A DNA stretch of 64,000 nt. Origin: Spirochaetales bacterium. Lineage in GTDB: Bacteria; Spirochaetota; Spirochaetia; JABEVK01. The position numbers were made by a program, and so were the translations under genes. The DNA lies in NCBI GenBank assembly GCA_037142615.1, contig JBAXAI010000001.1:288001-352000 (forward strand), in the 5' to 3' direction. The first letter of the stretch is position 1, and every line of letters begins with the position of its first letter. Shown piece after piece: positions 1-9,161 of this stretch. Under the pieces are notes generated by a model. That model had not been told where the DNA came from. It ran no database searches and saw only the letters and a program-made list of their open reading frames with translations.

Positions 1-1
1 C

Positions 2-526
2 CTGTTCAATGGTTATTGGGAAGACGTGGGGACCATCCATTCGTTCTGGAAAGCCAACCTCGACTTTGCCAGCAACTCGCCGCAATTCGATTTCTACAAC
101 AACCAGATTTACACCCACGCCAGGTACCTGCCTTCCAGCCGGTTCGGCGACTGCACGGTGGACGAATCGTTGGTCTGCGACGGAACAATTTTGAACAAGA
201 CCCGCCTCAAAGAAACTGTCATCGGTATACGCACCATCATCACTCACGGCGCCGACATCGAAAAGACCATCATCATGGGGGCGGACCACTACGAATCCAC
301 TGCTGACAAAGTGGCCAACAAGAAGAAGGGGATCCCTGACATCGGCATCGGGGCCGGTACCGTGATCCGCAACGCCATCGTCGACAAAAACGCCCGCATC
401 GGCAAGAACTGCACTATCCACAACAAAGACAAGGTCGATCACTTCGACGGTGGAAACTACTTCATCCGAGACGGCATTGTGATCATCCCCAAGAACGCGG
501 TCATAGCCGACAGCACGGTGATCTAG
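2..526 (+). CDS. glgC: Glucose-1-phosphate adenylyltransferase, C-terminal part (5'-truncated by window)
   Basis: Frame open from base 2: GYWEDVGTI.SF..AN motif, then IMGADHYE, IGIG...IRNAIVDKNARIG left-handed beta-helix and IRDGIVIIPKNAVI terminus typical of ADP-glucose pyrophosphorylase. Confidence 0.95.
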   Translation: MFNGYWEDVGTIHSFWKANLDFASNSPQFDFYNNQIYTHARYLPSSRFGDCTVDESLVCDGTILNKTRLKETVIGIRTIITHGADIEKTIIMGADHYESTADKVANKKKGIPDIGIGAGTVIRNAIVDKNARIGKNCTIHNKDKVDHFDGGNYFIRDGIVIIPKNAVIADSTVI

Positions 527-528
527 CC

Positions 529-1185
529 TTGTCCCCGGCTCCCGGACTTTCTCCCGTCACGATAACCAGGCGGGAGCTTTGGGGGCCGGAGACTTGGCTT
601 GTGCGTTGGACTCGCAACTGGCCGTTTCGCGCGGGGCAGGTGGTCTCGCTGGCTCTGGTCGAGGGTGGGCCTCAACGTATGTACAGCCTGGCGACCGGGT
701 CCGGGCAGGGCGAGGCCGGTATCTTGTTCAACCGCGTGGAAGCCGGAGAACTCACTCCCTCGATGGCCGAACTGGAACCTGGAGCCACAGTTTGGGTGAG
801 CGAGCCCTTTGGGAGTTTCCCCGGAAGCGCAGGTCCTGCGGTGTGGATTGCCACCGGTACCGGTGTGGCACCCTTCCTTTCGATGGTTTTGTCCGGACTC
901 GGCGCAGGCAAAACTCTCATTCACGGAGCACGAACTCTTGATTCCTTTTACGGACAGGATCTCCTGGCAGAACACTTGGGAACTGGTTATGTGCGCTGTT
1001 GCACGACAGAAGCCGCCCCAGGGGTATTCTCGGGACGCCTGACCCGCTATCTTGAAGCCCAACCGTGGACCGCCGATCGACCTTACCTCCTGTGCGGGAG
1101 CGCTCCCATGATCGTCGATGTCCGGGAAATCCTTTTTCGCAAAGGTGTTCCTTTCCGGTCAATTCTGGCGGAGGTCTTCTTTTGA
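529..1185 (+). CDS. Ferredoxin/flavodoxin-NADP+ reductase-like FAD/NAD(P)-binding oxidoreductase (paralog 1, coupled to rlmN)
   Basis: RMYSL (RxYS FAD motif), PFG, IATGTGVAPF, HGAR, LLCGS.PM, aromatic C-terminus EVFF; TTG start 2 nt after glgC stop. Confidence 0.9.
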   Translation: MSPAPGLSPVTITRRELWGPETWLVRWTRNWPFRAGQVVSLALVEGGPQRMYSLATGSGQGEAGILFNRVEAGELTPSMAELEPGATVWVSEPFGSFPGSAGPAVWIATGTGVAPFLSMVLSGLGAGKTLIHGARTLDSFYGQDLLAEHLGTGYVRCCTTEAAPGVFSGRLTRYLEAQPWTADRPYLLCGSAPMIVDVREILFRKGVPFRSILAEVFF

Positions 1186-2225
1186 GTGTTCTTCTTCCTG
1201 TGCTCTACGGAAAAACTCTGGGCGAACTGCGTGAAATTGCCAAGACTCTTGACGCGCCGGCCCATACGGGTAACCAACTGGCTTCCTGGCTCTACCAAAA
1301 GAGCGCGTCGTCGTTCGATTCCATGACCGACCTGCCCAAAGTTTTGAGGCAGCGGCTTGCCGAGAGTTATTCGTTGGGACTCGTGGCACCCTCGCGGGTC
1401 GACTCTTCCGTGGATGGCACCAAGAAGTATCTTTTTCCCGTGGCGGGAAAGTTTGTCGAAGCCGCTTACATCCCGGATTCTGACCGCAAGACTCTTTGCC
1501 TGAGTTCCCAGGTTGGTTGCAAGATGGGCTGTCTGTTTTGCATGACCGCGAGGCAGGGCTTTCAGGCCCACCTCACCGCGGCCGAGATTCTCAACCAGAT
1601 CCGCAGTCTTCCTGAACGCGAAGAACTGACGAACATCGTCTACATGGGGATGGGAGAACCTCTCGACAATCTGGAAAACACCTTGGCCAGTCTTGAGATT
1701 CTTACCTCGGACTGGGGCCTGGGGTTCGGAAACCAAAAAGTCACCGTGTCTTCAATCGGTATGCTTCCCGCGCTGCAGACTTTCTTCGAACGCACGAAAG
1801 TCCGGTTTGCTCTGTCACTTCATTCGCCGTTCGACGAGGAGCGAAGACAATTGATGCCGGTGCAGTTGGTTCACCCGTTGGCGTCGGTGCTCGAGTACCT
1901 CAAGGTCGCTCAGGAGCAGGATGCCCGGCGTCTGTCGGTAGAGTACATTTGCTTTGCCGGGGTCAACGATAGCGCCCGCCACGTCAAGGAATTGGTCCGC
2001 ATTCTTCATGGTCTGAAGATCCGAATCAACCTGATCCGGTTTCACCCGATTCCAGAGACTCCCCTGGTGGGCTCCGACGAGCGGGCCATGGTTCGCATGC
2101 GAGACGCTCTGATTGAAAAGGGCCTACAGGCGACCATCCGCAAGTCCCGTGGCCAAGATATCTACGCGGCCTGCGGCATGCTGTCGACCAAAGCCCTGCT
2201 CAAGCCGACCGCTACCGACTACTGA
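1182..2225 (+). CDS. rlmN: Dual-specificity 23S rRNA A2503/tRNA A37 C2 methyltransferase (radical SAM)
   Basis: DGTKKYLF, CLSSQVGCKMGCLFC, MGMGEP, SLH, DIYAACG; TTG at 1182 overlaps the upstream TGA (TTGA). Confidence 0.95.
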   Translation: MSVLLPVLYGKTLGELREIAKTLDAPAHTGNQLASWLYQKSASSFDSMTDLPKVLRQRLAESYSLGLVAPSRVDSSVDGTKKYLFPVAGKFVEAAYIPDSDRKTLCLSSQVGCKMGCLFCMTARQGFQAHLTAAEILNQIRSLPEREELTNIVYMGMGEPLDNLENTLASLEILTSDWGLGFGNQKVTVSSIGMLPALQTFFERTKVRFALSLHSPFDEERRQLMPVQLVHPLASVLEYLKVAQEQDARRLSVEYICFAGVNDSARHVKELVRILHGLKIRINLIRFHPIPETPLVGSDERAMVRMRDALIEKGLQATIRKSRGQDIYAACGMLSTKALLKPTATDY

Positions 2226-2857
2226 TCTCCCCAGCCACGAACCCAAAGGGGGCGTCCGTTTTCGGAGGTCCGCACGAAACCGACCCGCTTCAGGTAGGCT
2301 TCATGGGCCTTGACCCGGGTTTCGGCGACGAACTTGCCGTTCTTCTCCCAGTCCAGTTCCCGGACGCCTTCGTTGAAGAAGAACCTCGCGGTCTGAAAAT
2401 CTCTCCAGGCGGGAATCGCATAGTCCAAGAGTATCCGCTGTGTGTCGCCTTCTTTCCTGCATACAAAGAGTGACACCGGAAGTACTTCCCTGAGCAGGAA
2501 AATGACCCGGCTACCCTTGAGGTCTTCGGCGGTAAACTCGGGCTGAAACCTGAGAATATCCTGCGAATGATGGGCAAGGAATTGACCTAGCAGGGCGTCA
2601 GACTCGGGAAACTTCACCTCGAGCAGCGAGAAATTGTCCTTCTGACGGGCCAACTGCACGAGGTAGTAGGTGTTGATCACCACGATGAAGGCATTGAGGC
2701 CGAAGACCGGCCAGGACTGGATCAGCAGCCCGTAGACCGAAAAGAACAGCGCCCCGACCAAGTTGACCGTCCGCAACCAGCGGAGATTCTTCATGGTCAG
2801 AGAAATGGCCACCACGACCGAACTGAAGGTCCCGAGAATCTCGATGTAGGGGTTCAT
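2219..2857 (-). CDS. YgjV-like inner-membrane protein with soluble C-terminal domain
   Basis: N-terminal hydrophobic helices SLTMKNLRWLR.VNLVG..FF..YG; C-terminal LDY.IP..RDF motif; GGAGG upstream of ATG 2857. Confidence 0.7.
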   Translation of the reverse strand: MNPYIEILGTFSSVVVAISLTMKNLRWLRTVNLVGALFFSVYGLLIQSWPVFGLNAFIVVINTYYLVQLARQKDNFSLLEVKFPESDALLGQFLAHHSQDILRFQPEFTAEDLKGSRVIFLLREVLPVSLFVCRKEGDTQRILLDYAIPAWRDFQTARFFFNEGVRELDWEKNGKFVAETRVKAHEAYLKRVGFVRTSENGRPLWVRGWGDQ

Positions 2858-2895
2858 GGACAAGCCTCCAAAGTTTCAGTATAAGGGGAATCACA

Positions 2896-3825
2896 ATGAC
2901 CTGGACAACCTTTTTCAAGATCGTCGAACTGCGAACCAAAATCGTCAGTGTGTCAACTTTCCTCTTGGCAACCCTTTCAACTGCGTGGTTGTACGGCGAA
3001 CTTCCTTGGGTCCTGGTGGTCTTCTTGCTTCTCGCCGTCTTGGCCATCGACATGGGAACAACGGCGTTCAACTCTTTTTTTGACTTTGAAAAGGGCGTTG
3101 ACACGTCGGGAACCAACCAGGAATCGGACAAAGTTCTGGTTCATCAAAGGATTCCCACGGGCTATGCGCTACTGACCGCACTGGCACTATTTGCATTTGC
3201 CGCCGTTCTCGGACTGTTCTTGGCCTTGTGGAAGGGCTGGCCGCTGCTCGTTCTCGGCGGGCTGAGCCTGCTTGTCGGCTATCGGTATTCCGGGGGGAGG
3301 GTTCCTATCAGTTCCACTCCCTGGGGTGAGGCCTTTGCCGGCTTCTTTCTGGGCTCGGTGCTTTGGCTCGTTGTTTCCTTCACGCTGGCACCCGCCGGAA
3401 CACCCTCGCCGGTCTGGGATCCCCAATTCTGGGGGCTTCACTTTCTGCACAGCTTGCCCTCACTCCTGTTCATCGCGAGCATCCTAACTGTGAACAACTG
3501 CTGCGATCGCGAAGGGGACTCGGCAGCCGGACGAAAAACACTGTCGCTTCTTCTGGGACCACCAGCAGATCTCCTGATCGTGCTTCTACCCCTGGCGGCC
3601 TACGTGCTGACAATCGCGCTTTCGCTGGGAGGCCTTCTTCCGTTTCCGCTGGCGTTCAGTTCGCTCGCAGGCCTGCTGTTCACGGTTCCCCTTTGGCGGG
3701 GCATGTTCCAACGTGGCTTCTCGCACCAGACAAAGGGACCCAACATGGGGGCAGTCTCCCAGACCTTCCTCGCCTATACCCTATTTTCAACCCTCGGCTG
3801 GGTTGCGGGTCTGCTGCTCCGTTGA
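2896..3825 (+). CDS. menA: UbiA-family prenyltransferase, MenA-like (DHNA polyprenyltransferase)
   Basis: Multi-TM; NSFFDFEKGVD and NNCCDREGD..AGRKTL Asp-rich motifs; YSGG..P....PWGE. Confidence 0.8.
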   Translation: MTWTTFFKIVELRTKIVSVSTFLLATLSTAWLYGELPWVLVVFLLLAVLAIDMGTTAFNSFFDFEKGVDTSGTNQESDKVLVHQRIPTGYALLTALALFAFAAVLGLFLALWKGWPLLVLGGLSLLVGYRYSGGRVPISSTPWGEAFAGFFLGSVLWLVVSFTLAPAGTPSPVWDPQFWGLHFLHSLPSLLFIASILTVNNCCDREGDSAAGRKTLSLLLGPPADLLIVLLPLAAYVLTIALSLGGLLPFPLAFSSLAGLLFTVPLWRGMFQRGFSHQTKGPNMGAVSQTFLAYTLFSTLGWVAGLLLR

Positions 3826-4511
3826 AGCGGGGTTGTTTTCTTCTCAGTCTGGCGCTGGCCTTTCCGATGGCGGCCGAAGTGCCGGTGCCCGCGGCGCTTG
3901 AAACCGCTCATTTGCTCGGCAAGGGGCGTCCAGCCGGAGCACCCCCTGTGTCTCTTCAGGATGAACTGTTCGTTCTCGCGATGGGAAGCAACAACCAAAT
4001 GGGCTATCTGGAGCGAGTCTCGATGCCTGGTGAGTCCTGGCTGTTTCGGGCTCGTGTTGTCGATCTCGTCGATGACAGCTTGATTTGGGAACAAATCTGG
4101 GTCACCGACGAGGAAATTGACCGCTGGTGGCCTGAGCAGGGGGGGGGCGTCATGCGGTCACTGAAAAGCCATCACCTGGAACCGGTCGATTTTCAGATGG
4201 GTGAGTTTCCGGTGATTCTCGACGACCAATTCTATACGGCAACCTTGCGTCGTACGGCGTCTGCCTCTGACCCGGCCTTGTTCGGGCGTCTCGAGGTCGT
4301 CGTACAGTCAACTGGCCAGGGAATCAAGACCGTCTGCGACCTGTCGGGGGCCTGGCGGTGGGCTTCCGTACTCGGGTTTATCCCTTCGCCTTTCGAGAAC
4401 CGTCTGGCTATTATTCTGCTCGTTCAGCCGGAAGGTTGGAGCGGTCCACAGCAACCTCTGAGGTTCCTTGTCGCCGGGGCCAGTCTCAAGGCCGGTTTTG
4501 CCCAGCCTTGA
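3822..4511 (+). CDS. Hypothetical exported protein
   Basis: TTG overlapping menA stop (TTGA); MKRGCFLLSLALAFPMAA signal-peptide-like N-terminus. Confidence 0.7.
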   Translation: MKRGCFLLSLALAFPMAAEVPVPAALETAHLLGKGRPAGAPPVSLQDELFVLAMGSNNQMGYLERVSMPGESWLFRARVVDLVDDSLIWEQIWVTDEEIDRWWPEQGGGVMRSLKSHHLEPVDFQMGEFPVILDDQFYTATLRRTASASDPALFGRLEVVVQSTGQGIKTVCDLSGAWRWASVLGFIPSPFENRLAIILLVQPEGWSGPQQPLRFLVAGASLKAGFAQP

Positions 4512-4557
4512 CGGAAGCCCCCGATACGCCGTTTAATACGCACTAAAGAGGGTATCC

Positions 4558-6003
4558 TTGGGGCTTCTCGCCGTTTCCGAAAATCTCCAGTATAGGCGTC
4601 TCATAGAGAGCCTCGAGAATGAGCTCGCCTTGTCGCGGGGCAAGATCGACAAGTTGACCCAGAAGCTCGAGGTCAACGAAGATACCGGCTTGCCCAACGC
4701 CGTGGTCATGAACCGCGAAATGGAAGGACTTCTCAAGGCGACTCCCGATTCGAAGGCCGTTCTCTTCCTGTCGTTGACCGACCAGTACACCACGCTCAAG
4801 CGAACCTCGCCGAGCAAGCCCCAGTGGATTCTCTTCAACACCGCAATCCGCATCATGACCGTCGTCGCCGAGCACGGTCGGGTCTACCACACCCGCGAAG
4901 AAGAGTTTCTGATTCTTCTGGAAGACTTGCACGACCCCGTCGCTGTGACGCAATTGGCCTCCGAAATCGTGAAGCAGGTGAAGGAAGCCTACGTGCTCAA
5001 CGGGCAGACGATTTCTCTTGGCGTCAACATTGGGATCGCACTCTACCCCGAACAAGGTGAAAGCAAGTCCATTCTGCTGCGGCACGCCGACATCGCCCTC
5101 AGCGAGTCGATCAAGAACAAGAGCATGTACCAGCTCTTCACGCCCGAACTGCGGGACCGAATGATCGAAAAAGATGAGCTGCAGAAAAAGATCCTCAAAG
5201 CGCTCGAAGTGAACAACTCCGATGAGCGCCCCCAACTGATGTTGTACTTCCAACCCCAAGTCGAGATCCGCAACTGGAACACACCAGAAGTACAGGGCAG
5301 GGTGGTCGGCGCGGAAGTGCTCATCCGTTGGAATCACCCGACTGACGGCTTCATCCCACCCGGAAAGTTCATTCCGGTAGCCGAAGAGACGGGCTTGATT
5401 GTCCACATGGGCACCTGGATTCTGCACACGGCCATCAGCTGCCTCCAGGATCTGGCCCTGCAGGGGTATGGCACCATCACGGTTTCGGTCAACATTTCCA
5501 GCGTGCAGATGAACATGGACGACTTTATACCCCGCATGAAAGAGATCGTTCGCCGCCTCAAGACTGCCGACCATCCCATGAAACTGGAGCTCACTGAAAG
5601 CGGCATGGTGAACATCGAAGACACCATCAAGAAGATCGGTGACATGAAAGAGATGGGCTTTAAGATTCTGCTCGATGACTTCGGCACCGGTTACTCGTCG
5701 CTCAGTTACCTCAAGGATCTGCCGATCGACGTCGTCAAGATCGACAAGTCTTTTGTCGATGGGGTACCTGCCGGTGAAAAAGATACCGCCATGACTCGCA
5801 CTATCATCACTTTGGCGAAGGAACTCCGGAAAGACATCATTGTGGAGGGCACCGAACACCGAGAGCAGATCGACTGGCTCTTCGATCATGGTTGCACGGT
5901 CTATCAGGGCTACTACTTCAGCAAGCCCTTGCCCTATAGCGACTTTGTTCAGTACCTCAAGAACTTCCCTGCCATCTTTGAAGAGAAATCCCGACCCAAC
6001 TAG
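4558..6003 (+). CDS. c-di-GMP phosphodiesterase: degenerate GGDEF + EAL domain
   Basis: TGLPN, degenerate YHTREEEF in place of RxGGDEF; EAL motifs FQP, EVLIRW, SVNIS, LELTE, LDDFGTGYSS, KIDKSF, EGTE, QGYY. Confidence 0.9.
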   Translation: MGLLAVSENLQYRRLIESLENELALSRGKIDKLTQKLEVNEDTGLPNAVVMNREMEGLLKATPDSKAVLFLSLTDQYTTLKRTSPSKPQWILFNTAIRIMTVVAEHGRVYHTREEEFLILLEDLHDPVAVTQLASEIVKQVKEAYVLNGQTISLGVNIGIALYPEQGESKSILLRHADIALSESIKNKSMYQLFTPELRDRMIEKDELQKKILKALEVNNSDERPQLMLYFQPQVEIRNWNTPEVQGRVVGAEVLIRWNHPTDGFIPPGKFIPVAEETGLIVHMGTWILHTAISCLQDLALQGYGTITVSVNISSVQMNMDDFIPRMKEIVRRLKTADHPMKLELTESGMVNIEDTIKKIGDMKEMGFKILLDDFGTGYSSLSYLKDLPIDVVKIDKSFVDGVPAGEKDTAMTRTIITLAKELRKDIIVEGTEHREQIDWLFDHGCTVYQGYYFSKPLPYSDFVQYLKNFPAIFEEKSRPN

Positions 6004-6944
6004 CTTTTGATTTCGTGGCTTTCGGGTATCAATCGGTGCGCCTCGTCATGATGGCTCTGGGTTTCCAGATGAGTTGTGACTACCGCATCGGGAAAGACCG
6101 CCACCAGTTCGCCTTCAATCTTGGTGGCGATGTCATGGGCCTCGACGAGCAGGACACGGTCATCAAAAATCAGATGAAACTGAAACCAATAGCGACTGCC
6201 AGAGTTTCGTGTCCGTAATTCGTGCATTGAGACCCCATGGGTCTGACACAACTTCGCCAGGAGTGTCTCGATCTTAGTCTCTTCGGCCTCGGGAACCGTG
6301 TCCATGAGACCCCGGAACGAGCGGTTGACCAGGCTCAAGCCTTCCTTGAGGATGTTGAGCGCCGCCAGAATAGCGAAGATCGGGTCGAAGTACAGACTGC
6401 TGAACCAAGGATTCTGGGCAAACATGCAAAGGAGCAACCCGATCAGAACGCCAAGTGAAGTCACGCTGTCCGTCAGAACGTGACGGCCGTTGGCTTCTAC
6501 GATCAGCGAGGAGTTCTTTTTGCCGAAGAAGATCAACGACAGGCCCAGAGCGCCGTTGATCACAACCACCAGTGCCGAAATGGCCGTGCCGAGCCCCAGT
6601 TCCTGGATAGTGGGACCCGCAATGATCTTCTTGACTGCTTCCATGATGATATAGCCTGCAGCCAGAATGATCATGGCCCCCTCAAACCCGGCCGAAAAGA
6701 AAGTGATCCGGTCGTAGCCAAACTGATGGGACTTATCGGAGCGCTTGCGGGCCAGGCGCAGGCTCCAGGCGGCGAAGGTGACCGCCACGACATGCACAAC
6801 GGATTCTGCGGCGTCCGAAAGTATCGCGGCCGACCCGGTGATCACCGTGGCGTAGCTCTTGATCGCCAGCATGAAGAAGCCCGTAACCAGTGAAATGTTC
6901 ATCATCAGGTCGAGTTGCTTGTCTTTGGCCATTTGCGCAGTCAT
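6000..6944 (-). CDS. Cation diffusion facilitator (FieF-like) transporter
   Basis: SAAILSDAAESVVH, HQFGYDR, H.LTD, FDP motifs and His-rich tail; ATG 6944 overlaps rarA stop (ATGA). Confidence 0.9.
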   Translation of the reverse strand: MTAQMAKDKQLDLMMNISLVTGFFMLAIKSYATVITGSAAILSDAAESVVHVVAVTFAAWSLRLARKRSDKSHQFGYDRITFFSAGFEGAMIILAAGYIIMEAVKKIIAGPTIQELGLGTAISALVVVINGALGLSLIFFGKKNSSLIVEANGRHVLTDSVTSLGVLIGLLLCMFAQNPWFSSLYFDPIFAILAALNILKEGLSLVNRSFRGLMDTVPEAEETKIETLLAKLCQTHGVSMHELRTRNSGSRYWFQFHLIFDDRVLLVEAHDIATKIEGELVAVFPDAVVTTHLETQSHHDEAHRLIPESHEIKS

Positions 6945-9088
6945 CTTTTTCCTTTGCTTCGGGACCCTATCCACCAGCTTTGTGGCCATGGTACAGGAAT
7001 CGCCGGGGGCAAGTCGCTCATCGACTTAAGAACAGGGGCCCAGTTCTGTGATTTTTCGATGAGGAATTCCGGCCAGCTTCCAGGGCGGCCCAGAGTCCAC
7101 CAGGACTTCCACTGTTGGGGCGTCACCTTTCTCGTGCCCGGAACAGTAACCTCGCGGATCTCGAAACCCCAGCCACGAAGGCGCCCCAGATGGTCGCGCC
7201 GATGGAGGAACTCGTCTTCCAGCGCACTGAGTGCCTCGAAATCGTCTCGCGAAACCAAGTCTCCGGTTAGTTGCCCGAGTGCAGAACAAAGGCGAGGCCC
7301 TCCCAGATCATTGGGGTCGGCGACAACCAGCCGGCCTCCCTCCTCGATACGTGACATCAGCAACTCGGAGTCGGCCCAACCCGGCGGCAGGCTGTCGGTT
7401 CCGATCGCGAGAATACAATCGACCTTCCCGTCGAACTCTGCCACTCCCCAACCGGACGACAGAACGACGGGCCGATGCAACTCCGGCAGAAAGCTCACCG
7501 ACTCCGCCAAGTCGGCCGCGCGGTCCGGATCCGAACAGCTGACCAGCACCTGCCCTTCGGGCACCAACTTCAAAGCCGCGAAGAGCAGGCGACCACCGAT
7601 GTCGCGGGCAATCCAGACCCGATGATGCCGTGCCAGCGCCGCGATACGAAGCAACTCGTCGACAAGCGCCTGAACTTGTCCCGGATCCTCACGTTCCAAA
7701 CGCCGCAGCCACGGAGTCTCCTGCGGCTTTGTATAGGTCAGATTGCCCCCATCGTCTGCCCAGGTGCTCTGCAGAACCTGGGCTCTGCGTTCCAGAACTG
7801 TCTCACGGATCTGCCCCTCATAGCCTTGGTCGGAGGGACGATAAAACACCTGCGTGCTCATTCCCGCAGGAAGGTACTGCTGATTGACCCAATGCTGATC
7901 GTGCTCGTGAGGGTACACGTACCCTTTGCCGTGGCCCATGGCCGGGCCATCGCGGCTGGCGTCCTTGAGCGCAGAAGGAACTTCCCCTGTGCGACTGCGC
8001 TCAAGGGTCGCCAAGGCCTCGAAGTACCCCCCCACGCTGTTACTCTTGGGGCAGGTCGCCAGATACAACGCGGCATGGGCCAGGAAATACTGCCCCTCGG
8101 GCAGTCCCACCTTCCGGAAAGCCTCGGCTGCGGCCTGGGTCACCACCAGAGCTTGTGGATCGGCGAGGCCCACGTCTTCGCTCGCCAAAATGAGCATCCT
8201 GCGGAACAGGAATGCTGGGTCTTCCCCGGCCTGAACCATACGGGCCAGCCAGTAAACCGCCGCGTCGGGGTCGCTTCCCCTGAGTGACTTGATGAAGGCA
8301 GAAATCGTGTCGTAGTGGTAGTCGCCGTCCTTGTCGTAGAGCACGGCCTTCTTTTGGATGCTCTCTTCTGCCGCCGTCAAGGAAATCCAGATTCGTTCTC
8401 CCGAAGCGGGAGGAAACGGAACGCACGAACTCTCCACGGCGAGTTCCAGCGCGTTGAGTAGGCTCCGTGCGTCCCCCGAGGCCATCTTCACCAAGTGCTC
8501 CAAGGCGCCTGGTTCCCATTCCACCCGAAAGGCCCCGTAACCCCGCCGGGCGTCGTCGAGAGCCTGAGCAGCAATCTGGCCGAGTTCTTCCTCGGTCAAC
8601 GGGAGCAGGGTAAATACTCGGCTCCGGGACACCAGGGCGGCATTTACTTCAAAGAACGGGTTTTCCGTGGTCGCTCCGATCAAAATGAAGGTACCGTTTT
8701 CGACCCAGGGCAACAGGGCATCCTGCTGACTCTTGTTCCACCGATGCACCTCATCGACAAACAAGATGGTCTTCCGGCCCTGAAGTTGGCGGGTCTCCTG
8801 CGCTTTTTCGATGAGTTCTCGGATCTCTTTGACCCCGGAAAGCACGGCATTCACCGACAGGAAGGCACCTTTGGTTGCTTGGGCGACCACGCGGGCCAAG
8901 GTTGTCTTGCCGGTACCGGGCGGTCCCGAGAGAATCAAGCTGGTGAGTTTGTCGCTCTCGATGGAACGCCGCAAGAGCCGACCGGGTCCCAGAATATGGC
9001 TCTGGCCGATGTACTGGTCGAGGGATGTAGGTCGCATCCGGCTGGCGAGAGGTTCGTAGGTGCGGGAGTTCGTCTCGAAAAGGTTCAC
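6941..9088 (-). CDS. rarA: Replication-associated recombination AAA+ ATPase RarA/MgsA with long C-terminal extension
   Basis: PLASRMRP, GPPGTGKTT, DEVHRWNKSQQD, ATTENPFF, HYDTISAFIKSLRGSDPDA, PKSNS, YPH; GTG start at 9088. Confidence 0.92.
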   Translation of the reverse strand: MNLFETNSRTYEPLASRMRPTSLDQYIGQSHILGPGRLLRRSIESDKLTSLILSGPPGTGKTTLARVVAQATKGAFLSVNAVLSGVKEIRELIEKAQETRQLQGRKTILFVDEVHRWNKSQQDALLPWVENGTFILIGATTENPFFEVNAALVSRSRVFTLLPLTEEELGQIAAQALDDARRGYGAFRVEWEPGALEHLVKMASGDARSLLNALELAVESSCVPFPPASGERIWISLTAAEESIQKKAVLYDKDGDYHYDTISAFIKSLRGSDPDAAVYWLARMVQAGEDPAFLFRRMLILASEDVGLADPQALVVTQAAAEAFRKVGLPEGQYFLAHAALYLATCPKSNSVGGYFEALATLERSRTGEVPSALKDASRDGPAMGHGKGYVYPHEHDQHWVNQQYLPAGMSTQVFYRPSDQGYEGQIRETVLERRAQVLQSTWADDGGNLTYTKPQETPWLRRLEREDPGQVQALVDELLRIAALARHHRVWIARDIGGRLLFAALKLVPEGQVLVSCSDPDRAADLAESVSFLPELHRPVVLSSGWGVAEFDGKVDCILAIGTDSLPPGWADSELLMSRIEEGGRLVVADPNDLGGPRLCSALGQLTGDLVSRDDFEALSALEDEFLHRRDHLGRLRGWGFEIREVTVPGTRKVTPQQWKSWWTLGRPGSWPEFLIEKSQNWAPVLKSMSDLPPAIPVPWPQSWWIGSRSKGKR

Positions 9089-9094
9089 AAAAAA

Positions 9095-9123
9095 AGTGTA
9101 CTCGGTCTTTTCTTTTTCCACAA
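9095..9123 (-). promoter_or_regulatory. Putative sigma70 promoter of rarA (leaderless)
   Basis: TTGTGG-N17-TACACT-N6-GTG on minus strand; no Shine-Dalgarno. Confidence 0.55.
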
Positions 9124-9161
9124 ATGTCCTAGGATTAAATACGCATGCGAGGAGTGACACT

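Noticed and set aside
1065-1181. N-terminal extensions given by the ORF track (rlmN, rarA, MCPs, rnhB, rnd, 3363 ORF)
   Set aside because: They overlap neighbouring genes; downstream starts with coupling, RBS or promoter evidence fit better.
1182-2225. Possible Cfr-type resistance methyltransferase
   Set aside because: Chromosomal housekeeping context, no mobile element and RlmN-like motifs; a phylogeny would be needed to exclude it formally.
4543-5889. Long antisense ORFs (also 10554-11285, 26926-27801, 27768-29000, 42427-43353)
   Set aside because: Shadow frames of strongly codon-biased sense genes; no motifs or RBS.
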